This document shows positions 50,517 to 62,000 of a stretch of DNA of 64,000 bases, piece after piece (within the stretch, counting starts at the first letter, position 1; every line of letters begins with the position of its first letter). Made by a program: the position numbers and the translations under genes. Source of the DNA: Takakia lepidozioides (lineage: Eukaryota > Plantae > Bryophyta); the NCBI GenBank assembly GCA_030704615.1, contig CM060731.1, positions 10,292,001-10,356,000 of the forward strand, read 5' to 3'. The notes under the pieces were generated by a model. That model worked only from the letters and a program-made list of their open reading frames with translations, searched no databases and was not told the origin of the DNA.

Positions 50517-53500
50517 TCCTTATGCCTCTCAAAAATTCCGTCCTCTCCTTGGGGGACTGTCCACCTCACCTCCTGGGAATCTTCTGCCTCTTCTCTCCCA
50601 CTTTCCTCAGCAGAATCTAAGACAAATCTACGAGCCTGACGGGCTCTAATAGCTGCTGCCTCCTCCCTCATCTTCATTTTCTTGAGGCTTGCCTCGTCTA
50701 AAATCTGTTGTACACGACTAGGTTCGGAAGACCTCCTAATGGACACCGAAGCAAGCCGGGCAACATAAGTAGGAAGTATGTAGTCCCTTTCTAGACTAGG
50801 CATGAAATCCCCCCTGGCAAAAAAATGCACATTCGTCCTGCCCATGAACTGCGGTGTAGACGTCCCTCCTGCAGTACTTGGCATCCTGCAGTAAAAACAA
50901 ATCCACTTTAAGAATGTTAATACCAGCAGAAGCAAAAAATGGTCTTTCAATGAAATAAGAGAGCGAAGGGAGGTGCCTCACGAAATCAGGAGGCAACTTA
51001 CAATGAGACCACTCACTCATAAACCGGGGGCTCCTCGGCCTCGATCCCAACTTGTACCTCCCCCTGCTCCTTGTCGGATTCTTCCTCATCCTCCGAGGAT
51101 GCCTCTTCCTCTTTCGGCAGACGTTCAGCCACTGCAAGTTCGGAGTTCTGGAGGGCAGTATCTGGCTCGAAGGCGAAGACATGCCTGTCGGACAACGTCC
51201 CTGCCAACATGGAAGCACTTGAAGGACAAAGCGAGCAGTTAGTAGCATGCGGCATGCAATTGCAATCGGGCCAGGGGACAAACTGTGAACGTGAAGGCTT
51301 ACCCGTGCCGCATGTGAGGTCAAGAATCCGCCCTTGGACATCCGAGCACGTCTCCATAAGGGTTTGGATGAAAGCAAGGCTCCGGGTCCGGCTGTACCGC
51401 CACGGTTTGTCTGTCTTTGTGTCCTTCGACATACTAGAGTGGGGCACATAGTTGTAGAGGACATCGTAGGTAACAGGGTCCACAGCGGCATCAACAAGAC
51501 GACCATCATTGCGGAATTTGAACGTAGACCCTCTCTTCACAAAACAATATGCCTCAAACACCAATGTCTGCACATCCAACAAAATAGGGATCAACTCCAG
51601 GGTCTAGTTTAGATACACCACAATATGAAGTGAATGCAACAGATTGATCACTTACACTCTGGCCCTCTGTTCGCAACCCCTGTGTATTGATGCAGAACCA
51701 TTTTTTGAGGAGGACTGGGGTGACACTTTTCGGTGTCCATCTTGCCACAACATTCTCTGTGGTCTTCCCTCTTGTGGCAAGGACCACCATACATCCACCG
51801 TCATCCAGGGCCATCCCCGCCAGCCCAAACCCGGCTCTCCAGTAGTCCTCAGTAAACCTGTTCCAGGTGGGCACACCATCCAGGCCCTCTAGCAGCTCCC
51901 CATCTGGAATATCGAGGAGAATCATATCGCAGGCTCTCTCCACCTCAACTCCCCCCCCCCCCTTCCCCGAGTGCTCTTGCAATCCGTGCTCACAGCCGTG
52001 ACAAATTCCATTATGGCTTCCAAACCAGGGGTGTCTTTAGGCTCTGTACCGGCAGCCCTCTTCTTGGCTTTCCGCTTCAGCTCCTCCAGAGACTTATTGT
52101 GTGCCACTTTCTTCGCCCTGGCAGCCAGAGCGTCAAGGAAGCTCCCATTGACACATTGGATGATGGTTGGGGGTTCTAGCTTTGGTCTCTACGGAAACGT
52201 CACCGCCGAATACCGCCGTGTAGGCTCGCCCTCAAATGCCAACTTCTTGGCAGAGCCAGTCCCAGTCCGAACTGACTTGGGAACCCGGACGACCGGTGAC
52301 TTGGTAGCAGCAGCAGCAATCGCAGGACCTTGCACAAAGTCGTCGTTGGAGTCACTCCCTTGGGGGCCCTCCTGCGCCTCCTCTGGTGCCCCGGTGGTTT
52401 TCTGTTTTTGGGGGTTACTGTACTCCCCTGTTTCCGTGTCCTTTTCTTTTGTCCTTTATTCTTCTCATTCAATTTCTCCTGAATACCTGCCTGAGCAAGC
52501 TCTGCCGCTTTCCTGGACTTGGCAAGCGCTTTCGCCTCCTTTGGACCCAGCGGAGGCAGCGGAGCCCGGTTTCGTCGGGCCTCCGCATCCAGCTTCAATT
52601 GAAACTCGGATGAGTCGAGCGAGCCGGGCGGAAGGTCCACATACCAAGGGCAGTCGCGCAAATGTTCCAGATGCTACTCCTTCACGATAACGTCAGTGTA
52701 CATAGAGTCAGCCCCAGGGTTCCTCCATGCGAGAAAAAATGGCGGCTCGAAGGACAGATGACATTTCTCCAAAAGGGAGAACTTGCAGTATCTGCATTCA
52801 AGAAACACACAGAATGAGGTCCCGGGAACGAGGTAAATTTTAGGGAATGCAACTGGAAAAATGAAACTGAAACTGGGTCCGGAACTGGAAAAATGGCGCC
52901 GAATTTCCGGTTTCGGTGCCGGCCACCCCAGGGACTTAGCCATTTTCGGGGCCCTGAACTGGAAATTCGGCGCCATTTTCCCAAGTTGGGGCTGAAAATG
53001 GCTAAGTCCCAGAACTGACTGGGCAGGGAACTGGAAAAATGGCGCCGAATTTCCAGTTTCAGTGCCAACCACCCAAGGGACATCCATTTTCGGGGCCCTG
53101 AACTGGCAATTCGGCGCCATTTTCCCAGGTTGGGGCTGAAATGGCGAAGTCCCAGAACTGACCAGGCCCGGAACTGAAAAAATGGCGCAGAATTTCCAGT
53201 TTCGGTGCCAGCCACCCCAAGAACTTAGCCATTTTCGGGCCCTGAACTGGAAATTCGGCGCCATTTTCCCAGGTTGGGGCCGAGAATGGCTAAGTCCCAG
53301 AACTGAATGGGCCCGGAACTGGAAAAATGGCTCCGAATTTCCAGACTGAGTGCCAGCCACCCCCTGGACAGCCATTCCCCAAGGCCCGAATCATGAAATT
53401 CCAAGGAAGCCATTTTTCCAAGGACTTATTTTCATGCGCCACATAAGGCCTCTTATATCTTGGAAATGTATGGACTAAAAAGAACGGCGTATGTACCTGT

Positions 53501-55150
53501 ACCAAAGGCGCATTGCCGCTTTGTCCGCGTTCGGCTGGTCGGTGAACTCGTGGCTCCGCCGGGCATGGGGTATCTCTCGAAAGAATAGGTTGGTTTTGTA
53601 GAGCAGAAAGTACCTCGTCACATAGTCGCGTAGGCTCTCTGCTTCATCAGAAATCTCTAGTTTGAACTGATGTGCTTGTGTGTCAAGCTGCTCTTGCGCA
53701 TTCGTCATCACCTGTGGAAATTCTCCATCAAACCGCTTTCCTCAAAAAAATACAGTAAATCCACCCGGTACAAGCGTAGAACCGGCAAATGAAGCATGGG
53801 AAAGTACCTGAAACCACCATGTCATGCCGTTCATCCACATGTCGAATGTGGGGTCAGACAGTTTGTCGGGTTTGGGGAAGCTCCACATGTCCCTTGTACT
53901 TTGGGAACCATTCCAGATTTGGAGCCACCGGGTCTGTCCAACCACCCAGCATATTAGTAAGCGCCAAACACCACAAAAACGAATTGTTGCCACGACAATT
54001 TGGTTAAGAATGTATCACCTTTTCTGTTGCATCCACACAGGATGTGGCTAGACGATGCAACTTCTCCAATCTCATCGTGGGCTTCAGAGCGCGGGAGTAG
54101 TGCTTCCCCACCTCCACCAGAAAGTCGGCACCAAGGGCGGGATCAGCTATGGCCACGTACTTTACCATCCGCGACTTGTACTTTATGCGGGCCTTCGCCT
54201 TGGCAACTTTGAGATACGATTCCAGTGCCAGGAGGGTTAGTTTCTTCTCCTCTGACTCCATGTAGAACCTCCGCGCATGTGCCAAATCCTGCTGAATTTT
54301 CGTCTGTCAAGAATGCGCACATAAGATTAGAAATCCTGGTCAACACTTTTTCTTCTATTGGGGGAGGAGAGACAGATTAGCTGAACAAAACAGTCAGGAG
54401 CTTTACCCGAAATATGTAGTCCACCATGGCGTCCATGCTCAGCCTATACCAGGTTCTGTCTGCCTTTGCCTCCGACTTGCGCAAGAGGTAGGCACTGAGC
54501 GAATTGGCAAACTCTTGCACCCCCTGCTTCCCGACATCCTTCACTCGGAAGAGCATATGGGACAAGTTGGTGGCAATGAAGGCATTCTCAGTCACCCTGC
54601 AATGCCACATTTTCATTAAACAATACTGAAATGAGAATTTGCAACAAATATGACGATTGGCAATGAGACGACTGTTTCAAATTGAAAGATCCAAAGCAAG
54701 AGGCATTGTAACTTACGAGTTGATGTCTGCCATTGCAGCTTTGAGAAGACTGCGATCTTTGGGCCCCGCAACATATCTAGGTCATTGGGGTGGGCTTGGG
54801 CTATGTACTTCATCCATGCCAGGAGGCGATGATTGCCGTCCCAAACGTAAAACATCTTTCCGGACAAGTGCTGGAAAAGAGGATCAGTAGCAATCAATCT
54901 CTCGAACTCCTCATTTCGCCTTTGCCAATGGGAACCCCATTTGTCCACCTCATCGGAAGTGTGGGCACGAGAAGTGGTCATTCTCAATGGAAACGTAAAA
55001 CGCGGCAGACCCCATTCGATATCCCTCCCGGAAAGAGAATTTCAGCTTGTCGATATCGTCTGGGAGGGGGACTCGCATCTCTGGATTGGAAGCGTTGGTG
55101 GATTGGTCAAAACCCACAGCAGGGGATATCATTCTTGTAGCACATGTATC
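50517..55150 (-). pseudogene. Spliced, decayed gene: ParB/Srx-like domain + linker + beta-class N4C/N6A DNA methyltransferase-like domain
   Basis: N-terminal part DDIDKLKFSFREGY..FYVWDGNHRLLAW. C-terminal part IQCVNGSFLDAL, DMILLDIPDG, LDDGGCMVVL, RSLAFIQTLMETCSDVQGRILDLTCGTG, ASMLAGTLSDRHVFAFEPD. GT-AG introns, stops and frameshifts. Confidence 0.7.
52870..53400. repeat. About 145-bp tandem repeat (about 3.5 units) with internal inverted repeats, intronic
   Basis: Units start at about 52879, 53026, 53168 and 53313; AAAATGGCGCCGAATTTCC/GGAAATTCGGCGCCATTTT arms. Confidence 0.9.
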
Positions 55151-56049
55151 TGCAGGTAGAGTGGGCTGGTTTGGCTTTTACGATGACACCAACAGTGCAG
55201 CTGCAAAACAGCCTAACACCGTTGTACTCAGGTCAAGATTCATGTGTGTTCCTAACGAAGAGTGGGGGCCACATGCTTTGGGCCTGGACCCTTCGAAGGA
55301 GAACGAGTGTTTTTATATTCTTACCTTGTTTCAATGGGTGGATGAAGGCTGGGACTGCATTAAACAGCTGGACGAACTTCCTTCCCCCATCATGCGCAAG
55401 CTTCAGAAGGGTTGCAGACCTGAAAGACCTTGGACCAGGGCTGGTGAAATTTGCCTAACTATTGAGGATGGAGTGATGCATGTCATGTTTGCTTCCTTCA
55501 TGCATTTGCGGAAGAACTCATCCTCGGTGTTTTTGCGTGTCTTGCCGCATTGGGGGAGCAATATTGATTAATCACTTCCACCAATCAGTCTTCTTCTTTC
55601 GGTGGGATATGCGAGTGTGTGTTTGGAAAGAGAGAATGATTAGGCAAGAGGTTCAGGTGCCTAACTATGAGTGGAATTTCAAAGAGGTTGACTGGTCAAT
55701 AGCATCCTGAACCTCTTTCACTAGCATCACATAGTTTGTCTCTTTTCTACGTTTGTGTGACCCTTCAGGGTGGAATTCTGGAAGCATGTGATGTTTGCTT
55801 GAACAATGCAAATGCCAAGAAACAGATTATTCATGTCCAATGTGTACTCCCGGCATTCATGGTTTTCATTTTGCTCTCACATGGTTTGAAGGTTCTCCCA
55901 CCTTACTTGCACATGCACGGGTTCATGCACTTGCATATGTTCTGAAGTAGGTGCAGCAGGTGGAGTTGAAAGTGAATGACACATGCTGGGAGTTGTTGGA
56001 ATCACTTAGTGTTGGGGTTTTCTCATTAGTGAGCAACCCTCTTCAGGAC

Positions 56050-58240
56050 CATACTCCTGACACCTCTGTTCACCAACATTGAAAATCAGGAGGCTCAGCC
56101 TAAAGCCCTGCTCCTCTTGGGGTATACAACACATGGATGCTTGTGTGGAGGGATTTTTGCAGGAAATCTGGAAAGCCTGAACAATTTCCTGAACCAATTT
56201 TATATACCAACGTAAGTCTCAGTACTGGATTAACCCCTCACAAATGTAGGTCTATCGACTCTTCTGCTGCCCAACCATGGATGTGGGGACTATGGCCACA
56301 ACGCTATGGCAAACAACGTCTCGTGAGTACTCAGGACCAGCAAGAACATAGTCTCTCCCCGCGCCTGTGTTCACCAACTTTCAACCACTTTCACAAACTT
56401 TGTCGAGGCTGAGCCTAAAGCCCTGGCCATGTTGGGGTCTGATTGTTGGGCAGGTCATACTCAGTAGATTCATGCATGTGTGAAGGACTTTCTAGAGGAA
56501 TGAAGGAAAGCCTGAACAATGTCGAACAAAGTCTCTCCCTGCAGCTCTGTTCACCAACTTTCAAGAGGTTTAAGAAACTGCGATCCAGGCCGAGTCTAAA
56601 ACCCTGGCCATGTGGGGGTATGATTGCTGGGCAGGTCACCCTCAGCATGTTGATGCATGTGTGAAGGACTTTCTAGAGGAATGAAGCAAAGTTTCAACAA
56701 TCTCCTCAACCAATTTTTGTATACCAACATAAGTCCCACTACTGGACTGAACCCCTCACGAAGGTAGGTCTATCGCCTCTTCTTCTGCCCAAGAATGGAT
56801 GCGGGGTCTATGGCCACAACGCTGTGGCAAAGAATGTGTCATGAGTACTCAGGACCATGTCGAGCATAGCTGCTCCCTGCACCTCTGTTCACCAACTTTC
56901 AAGAGGTTTAAGAAACTGCGATCTAGGCTGAGTCTAAAACCCTGGCCATGTGGGGGTATGATTGCTGGGCAGGTCACCCTCAGCAGGTTGATGCATGTGT
57001 GAAGGACTTTCTAGAGGAATGAAGCAAAGGTTCAATAATCTCCTGAACCAATTTTGTATACCAACATAAGTCCCACTACTGGACTGAACCCCGCACGAAG
57101 GTAGGTCTATCGCCTCTTCTTCTACCCAAGAATGGATGCGAGAATGGATGGAGCAACCCAAATTTCCAAAAAGGGGGGTGGCAAATGATGTGGTGTCTGT
57201 GTGGGTGTGAAGCAGTGGGAGCTGTGGGGGCAGCGATACAGCATTGGGAGGGGATCATGGGCTTGCCCCAGGCAAGAGGGCCATGCAACCAATTTAGCTA
57301 CCACATGACCACTGGTTGAAACAGGTAGTTAGTAGAGAGAGAGAGTGAGAAGGAGAGTAGAGATACATGAGCTAGAGGTGTTGTGGAACCTGGGTGGGTG
57401 GTTGAATGTGTGGGCAGCAGCGTCCAATGATGTTGTAAGCTGCAGGGAGAGGGGGCTGTAGTACCAGTAGTTAGTGGCGTAGAAGCTAGGGAACAGGGAG
57501 GGCAGACTGCAGATTGAAGATGAGCAAGAGGGTCCTCTATATGAGAGGGTAGTATGGGTTTATGGGTGTCAAAGAAGACCTTAATGTACTGGGTAACATA
57601 GCAGCTCTGAGGCATGCATGTAGTACAGACAATAGGGTGTGTTAAGCTGGTGTAAGGCAAGAGGTAGGGAGTGTGGAGGGGGTAAATTACCATGAATTTG
57701 GTACGTGTGTTGATGCAGGTGCTAGTGTAGGGCAGATCTGGTGGTGTTAACAGTGGTGGGATAGCATACAGTCTCACATCATCTAGCGTAGTATGGCCGG
57801 TCCGTTGGAAGGGGGCTGGGCAAAACTTGGTCAGCTGCAGGTCACCCCCAGCAGGTTCATGCATGTATGAAGGCCTTTCTAGAGGAATGAGAAAGCTGCA
57901 ACAATCTCCTGAACCAATTTTGTATACCAACATAAGTCCCACAACTGGACTGAACCCCTCACAAAGGTAGGTCTATCGCCTCTTCTTCTGCCCAAGAATG
58001 GATGCGGGGTCTATGGCCACAACGCTATGGCAAACAACGTCTCAGAGTATTCAGTACCATATCAAACATAGTCTCTCCCTGCACCTTTGTTCACCAACTT
58101 TCACCCACTTTCACAAGCTTTCTGGAGGCCGAGCCTAAAGCCCTGGCCATGTTGGGGTCTGGTTGCCGGGCGGGTCACACTCAGCAGATTCATGCATGTG
58201 TGAAGGACTTTCTAGAGGAATGAAGGAAAACCTGAACCAA
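56050..58240. repeat. Diverged repeats of about 180-340 bp
   Basis: Recurrent tgttcaccaactttc, ccctggccatg, ggactttctagaggaatgaag and ccaacataagtcccac..ggactgaacccc blocks, interrupted by unrelated sequence at about 57140-57840. Confidence 0.85.
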
Positions 58241-58417
58241 GAGTCTTCAACTCATACCAACTCTGAGAGAAGTAATTGTTACAACATGCATGTACTATAT
58301 GTCTGAAGCCGACTTTCATGTACAAACCCCGAAATAGGGAGGCACAAAACGAGAGTCTGGTGCAATGAATTCAGCCAGTACCAGGTCTTCAATGAAAACA
58401 GGAGAGTCTTACAATCT

Positions 58418-58909
58418 CTAACCATTCAGTCCTGCATAGCTGCGGACCTCATCCTCCCAAAACCCCTTAGAGGGGTCTACAACTATTATGCCCCTCTTAC
58501 TTTCTGGGATGAGTTCCGGAAACTCTTGTACCCATCCCTCTCCCATATCTACATGGTACCCCCAATCCACAACACCCTCCCCTTCATAGCGGCTACTTGT
58601 GTGGTGCCAGGTCTTCAACACAAGCCTGTCCACGAAACCTAACAGCACAAGGCACAAAACCACAGCTCCTTGCTCCTCTTCATTCATTGTGTAGAAACAC
58701 TTCATGTCGCCCATGTGGATTGTCATTGTCTTGACTCCTCCCTGGATTTTGTAAACCCACACTTTGTCCTGCCCCTCTTCCGTTTGCACCTTTTCCAGAA
58801 GGCGCAAGATGACCTCATGGGGAATGTGGGCTGGCAATTCTTCAATTCCTGCATAAATCTTGCGGAGCCTGAAAGCTACACCCGCCCCAAATTCCATTGC
58901 AACCCTCAA
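58418..58909 (-). CDS. Hypothetical protein (possible mobile-element cargo)
   Basis: 163-codon ORF with protein-like composition; no recognised motif. Confidence 0.35.
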   Translation of the reverse strand: MRVAMEFGAGVAFRLRKIYAGIEELPAHIPHEVILRLLEKVQTEEGQDKVWVYKIQGGVKTMTIHMGDMKCFYTMNEEEQGAVVLCLVLLGFVDRLVLKTWHHTSSRYEGEGVVDWGYHVDMGEGWVQEFPELIPESKRGIIVVDPSKGFWEDEVRSYAGLNG

Positions 58910-61310
58910 CTTGATAGAGTAGTCTTCTCGAAATATGTAAGTACTATAGTGTGTGGAGAAGATGACTCCAAAGAGCTATGACTTTCTTAGAAGAACACCA
59001 GGAAAACAATGTATACAGGAGACGACTTGGGTAACCCTAAGATAACAACAGAACTTCCTGATACTCCCTCTTGAAAGAGATGATGTGAAGAAAAACAACG
59101 ATGAATCACATGAAACACAGAATGACCCTGTGCTTATATTCAATTTTTCAACCTGCTCTTCCACAAGGTCTTGGTGGGACAAACGTGAACTCCCCACCAC
59201 AGAAGAAAAACCTATATATATATATATATCCCATCGAGGGTTGCACTGTGTAACGGCTGCACCGTTACACATGGCATTTGCATCCGTTTGTCATCCATCC
59301 GTTCTGTGTAGTCATCCCCCTGTCGGATTTATCAGCTTCACTTCTTCTCCTCTTATTCAATTGAGGTTAAGTAAAGTCTTTGTCGCTGGAGAATGAACCT
59401 AGCTTTGTAAAATGTTGTTATGTACACATACACAATGAATACATCGTTCCTCTTGTGCTCAACATTCTAGAAGCGCTAATGTGAATGCTCGTCACAGTTC
59501 AAAGAAAACAACCAACTTGAAGATGCACGTAGGTTTTTCATACTCCAGCTTGTCCTGCTCTTGTGCAATTCATGTGTAACAACATGTCAAATTTACAGTA
59601 TGACGCTACCATTCCAACACGATATCAGTAACCCATACGGAATGAATTTGCAACATTGTACATGGCCCAATATGAATGCAAATGGCAGTATGAACATGAA
59701 CCCTAAAATACCAGATGCATTGAGGTTTTGTGACCATAACCTGTTGTAGTGTTACTCAATTCACATCTGTAGTCTCTTATTTTGCATGTGAGAGGGAGTG
59801 GCGAAGACTTCGACAATCTTAGTCTGCATGGGGTTGGGTTGGCTTGTGTGTCACGGAATAGAATGTCCATGCCAGGTTACAATTTACATGTTTTACCAGC
59901 AACAGGACTTGCTGCGAAATTGAAGCATAACAAATCACCATTGAGAACATAACTGTGAGAACCATGGTTCAGAAAATGGTACAGACCGTGGATATAATCG
60001 TGTGAAATTGTGACCTCATGTTTGGAGGCATAAGTCTGGAGGCATAAGTCCTGAATTCTGTGAAAGAAAGACTCCAATGAAGGTAGATACGGGAACAACT
60101 GTTTCCTCGAATGCCCCATTTGGATCGCCGATGTGCATCCCATGGAACGATGAAGTCTGTAACGTCCGCACGGTTACACATGAAGTTTCATCCATTCTTC
60201 TGTCAGTTGTCTTTGCATCCGCTAACCATCATCCGACACTATCATCCTCAACCCTCATGTTCTGCCGTTGTTCATCCCATCGACGGATGAAATATGTGTG
60301 CATGCACGGTTACACATGATTGTCCATCCATTCTTTTCTCAGTTGCCTTTCATCCGCAGATCATCATCCATCTGTCTCCCCCTCAAACCTCATGTTGTTT
60401 TGGCGCGTAAGAGGAAGGTGTGCTTGACTGTACCTGTGGAGGCTGTTTCGGTTGGACAATATTATGGCTAATGGTGTTGGTATGTCCATAGAACCGTCGC
60501 AGATCATTGTGTACTCTGCTTAGTTGCAAGTTCATCTTCTTACGGTCCCTGTTGTGATGATGCAGTGTCTATTTACACTAGTATTGTGGAGAAAATGTGT
60601 CATATGGAGCTTGGTTGCTTGGCCTTCATGTGGAGCGGCAATCGACGAGGTTGATCTTTGTTGTGAAACGGAATCCAGTTGCTGCCGCCGGTGAGAATCG
60701 GAATTGAGTGCATTTCATGAACTGAATATCTGTGATGTTTGAGAAAGTGAGGTTGCATTTTCCTCCTCTTCTTTTCTTAAGGCTGCATAGGTTATAGCCT
60801 TCGCACCATCCGATAATATTCCGACTCTTGCACACGGAATAGCTGCTTATGTGACCATCTGCATGAAAGCCCCAAAAAACAGTGAAACGTGGGAAGCGGC
60901 ATATGTTTAGTTTCTTCAGTTCCCAAAATCAGTAATGTATATCTTCATTGTTTTTTAAGGAGGCAGTATACAGTGGAGGTGAACCTCACTCGTTCGAGAC
61001 GTTTGCTGGTTAAGCGTGTTCATGAAGATTTTGCTTTCGGAATGTTGATGAATGCTTTCCCAATCGGTCTGGGCCGAGGGTGGCAGTGTAGCAGGGTTGG
61101 CGGTTTCGCAGCTCTAGTCGTTGGTGACCTGGCAAACTGCATTTGAACTGGCATATGTTCAATCGCAGCTTAAGTCGCAACTGAAAAAGCATACTCGCAC
61201 TTAAGTTTCGCACTTAAGTTTGGGCAAAGGCAGACACATTTCAGGGCGTTTGTTTTAAGTACCGGGGTTTCCAACTTCCTTTGGGCTGCTTTTCATTACG
61301 AACTCGGGTC

Positions 61311-62000
61311 ATGGCATACTATTCAGGTACGAATGGCAGTCTTATTGAAGTTGCCATTGAAGATCCCCGCGATATCTCGGAGCCGCGATTGGCAGGGACA
61401 CGCAGTGTCGTTGCAAATATTTTGTTTGGTTCCAGCATGGAGAAATCAATGTGTCTGGAAGGAATAGTGTTGTTGTACAAGCCGAATGACCCAAAATCAT
61501 ATGCTATGCAATATGTTACTATGGGGGTTTCTTTGTGTATTTGGAATGTGATTGCATGTGCTGCACAGGCGAAAGGATTTCATGTGGACACAACCACGAA
61601 GGCTCGGATTTCTGGGGAGTACTTGTGGTTGGAGGTGAACCTGCGGAGTCCTCAGAAGATCTTCAGCATTGTGGAGGCAGACGAGACCGGGTTCCTATCC
61701 AAGGTCCCCACTGTGGACCTGAAGAAGACCCTCGCTGATATAAAAACTAACGTGATGGTGAAGGGTAGCTTTACAGTGCGACTAAAGAAGCAGTATAGGG
61801 TTGAGAGAGGAGAGCATAGTGTTAGTTGGTCGTTGGGGCTCACTCCCACTACTGCTTTTTTTATCGACAAAATCGACATCGATGAGACTTCTGCCATGGA
61901 TGAGCTGGTGCAGGACTTGGGTGCTCTTAGAGTCAGTCCAGCCCTCTCAGCTTTGCTTGTTGGTGGGGTAGGATCGTCCACGCCAAAATCTGAGAAGTAA
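61311..62000 (+). CDS. Hypothetical beta-rich protein (possible mobile-element cargo)
   Basis: About 229-aa intact ATG-started ORF with alternating hydrophobic strands and an acidic C-terminal region; no recognised family. Confidence 0.5.
   Translation: MAYYSGTNGSLIEVAIEDPRDISEPRLAGTRSVVANILFGSSMEKSMCLEGIVLLYKPNDPKSYAMQYVTMGVSLCIWNVIACAAQAKGFHVDTTTKARISGEYLWLEVNLRSPQKIFSIVEADETGFLSKVPTVDLKKTLADIKTNVMVKGSFTVRLKKQYRVERGEHSVSWSLGLTPTTAFFIDKIDIDETSAMDELVQDLGALRVSPALSALLVGGVGSSTPKSEK

Noticed and set aside
51971-52690. 239-aa plus-strand ORF
   Set aside because: Antisense shadow of the minus-strand linker/MTase exon.
52674-53505. ORFs of 233 and 177 aa
   Set aside because: Translations of the 145-bp tandem repeat.
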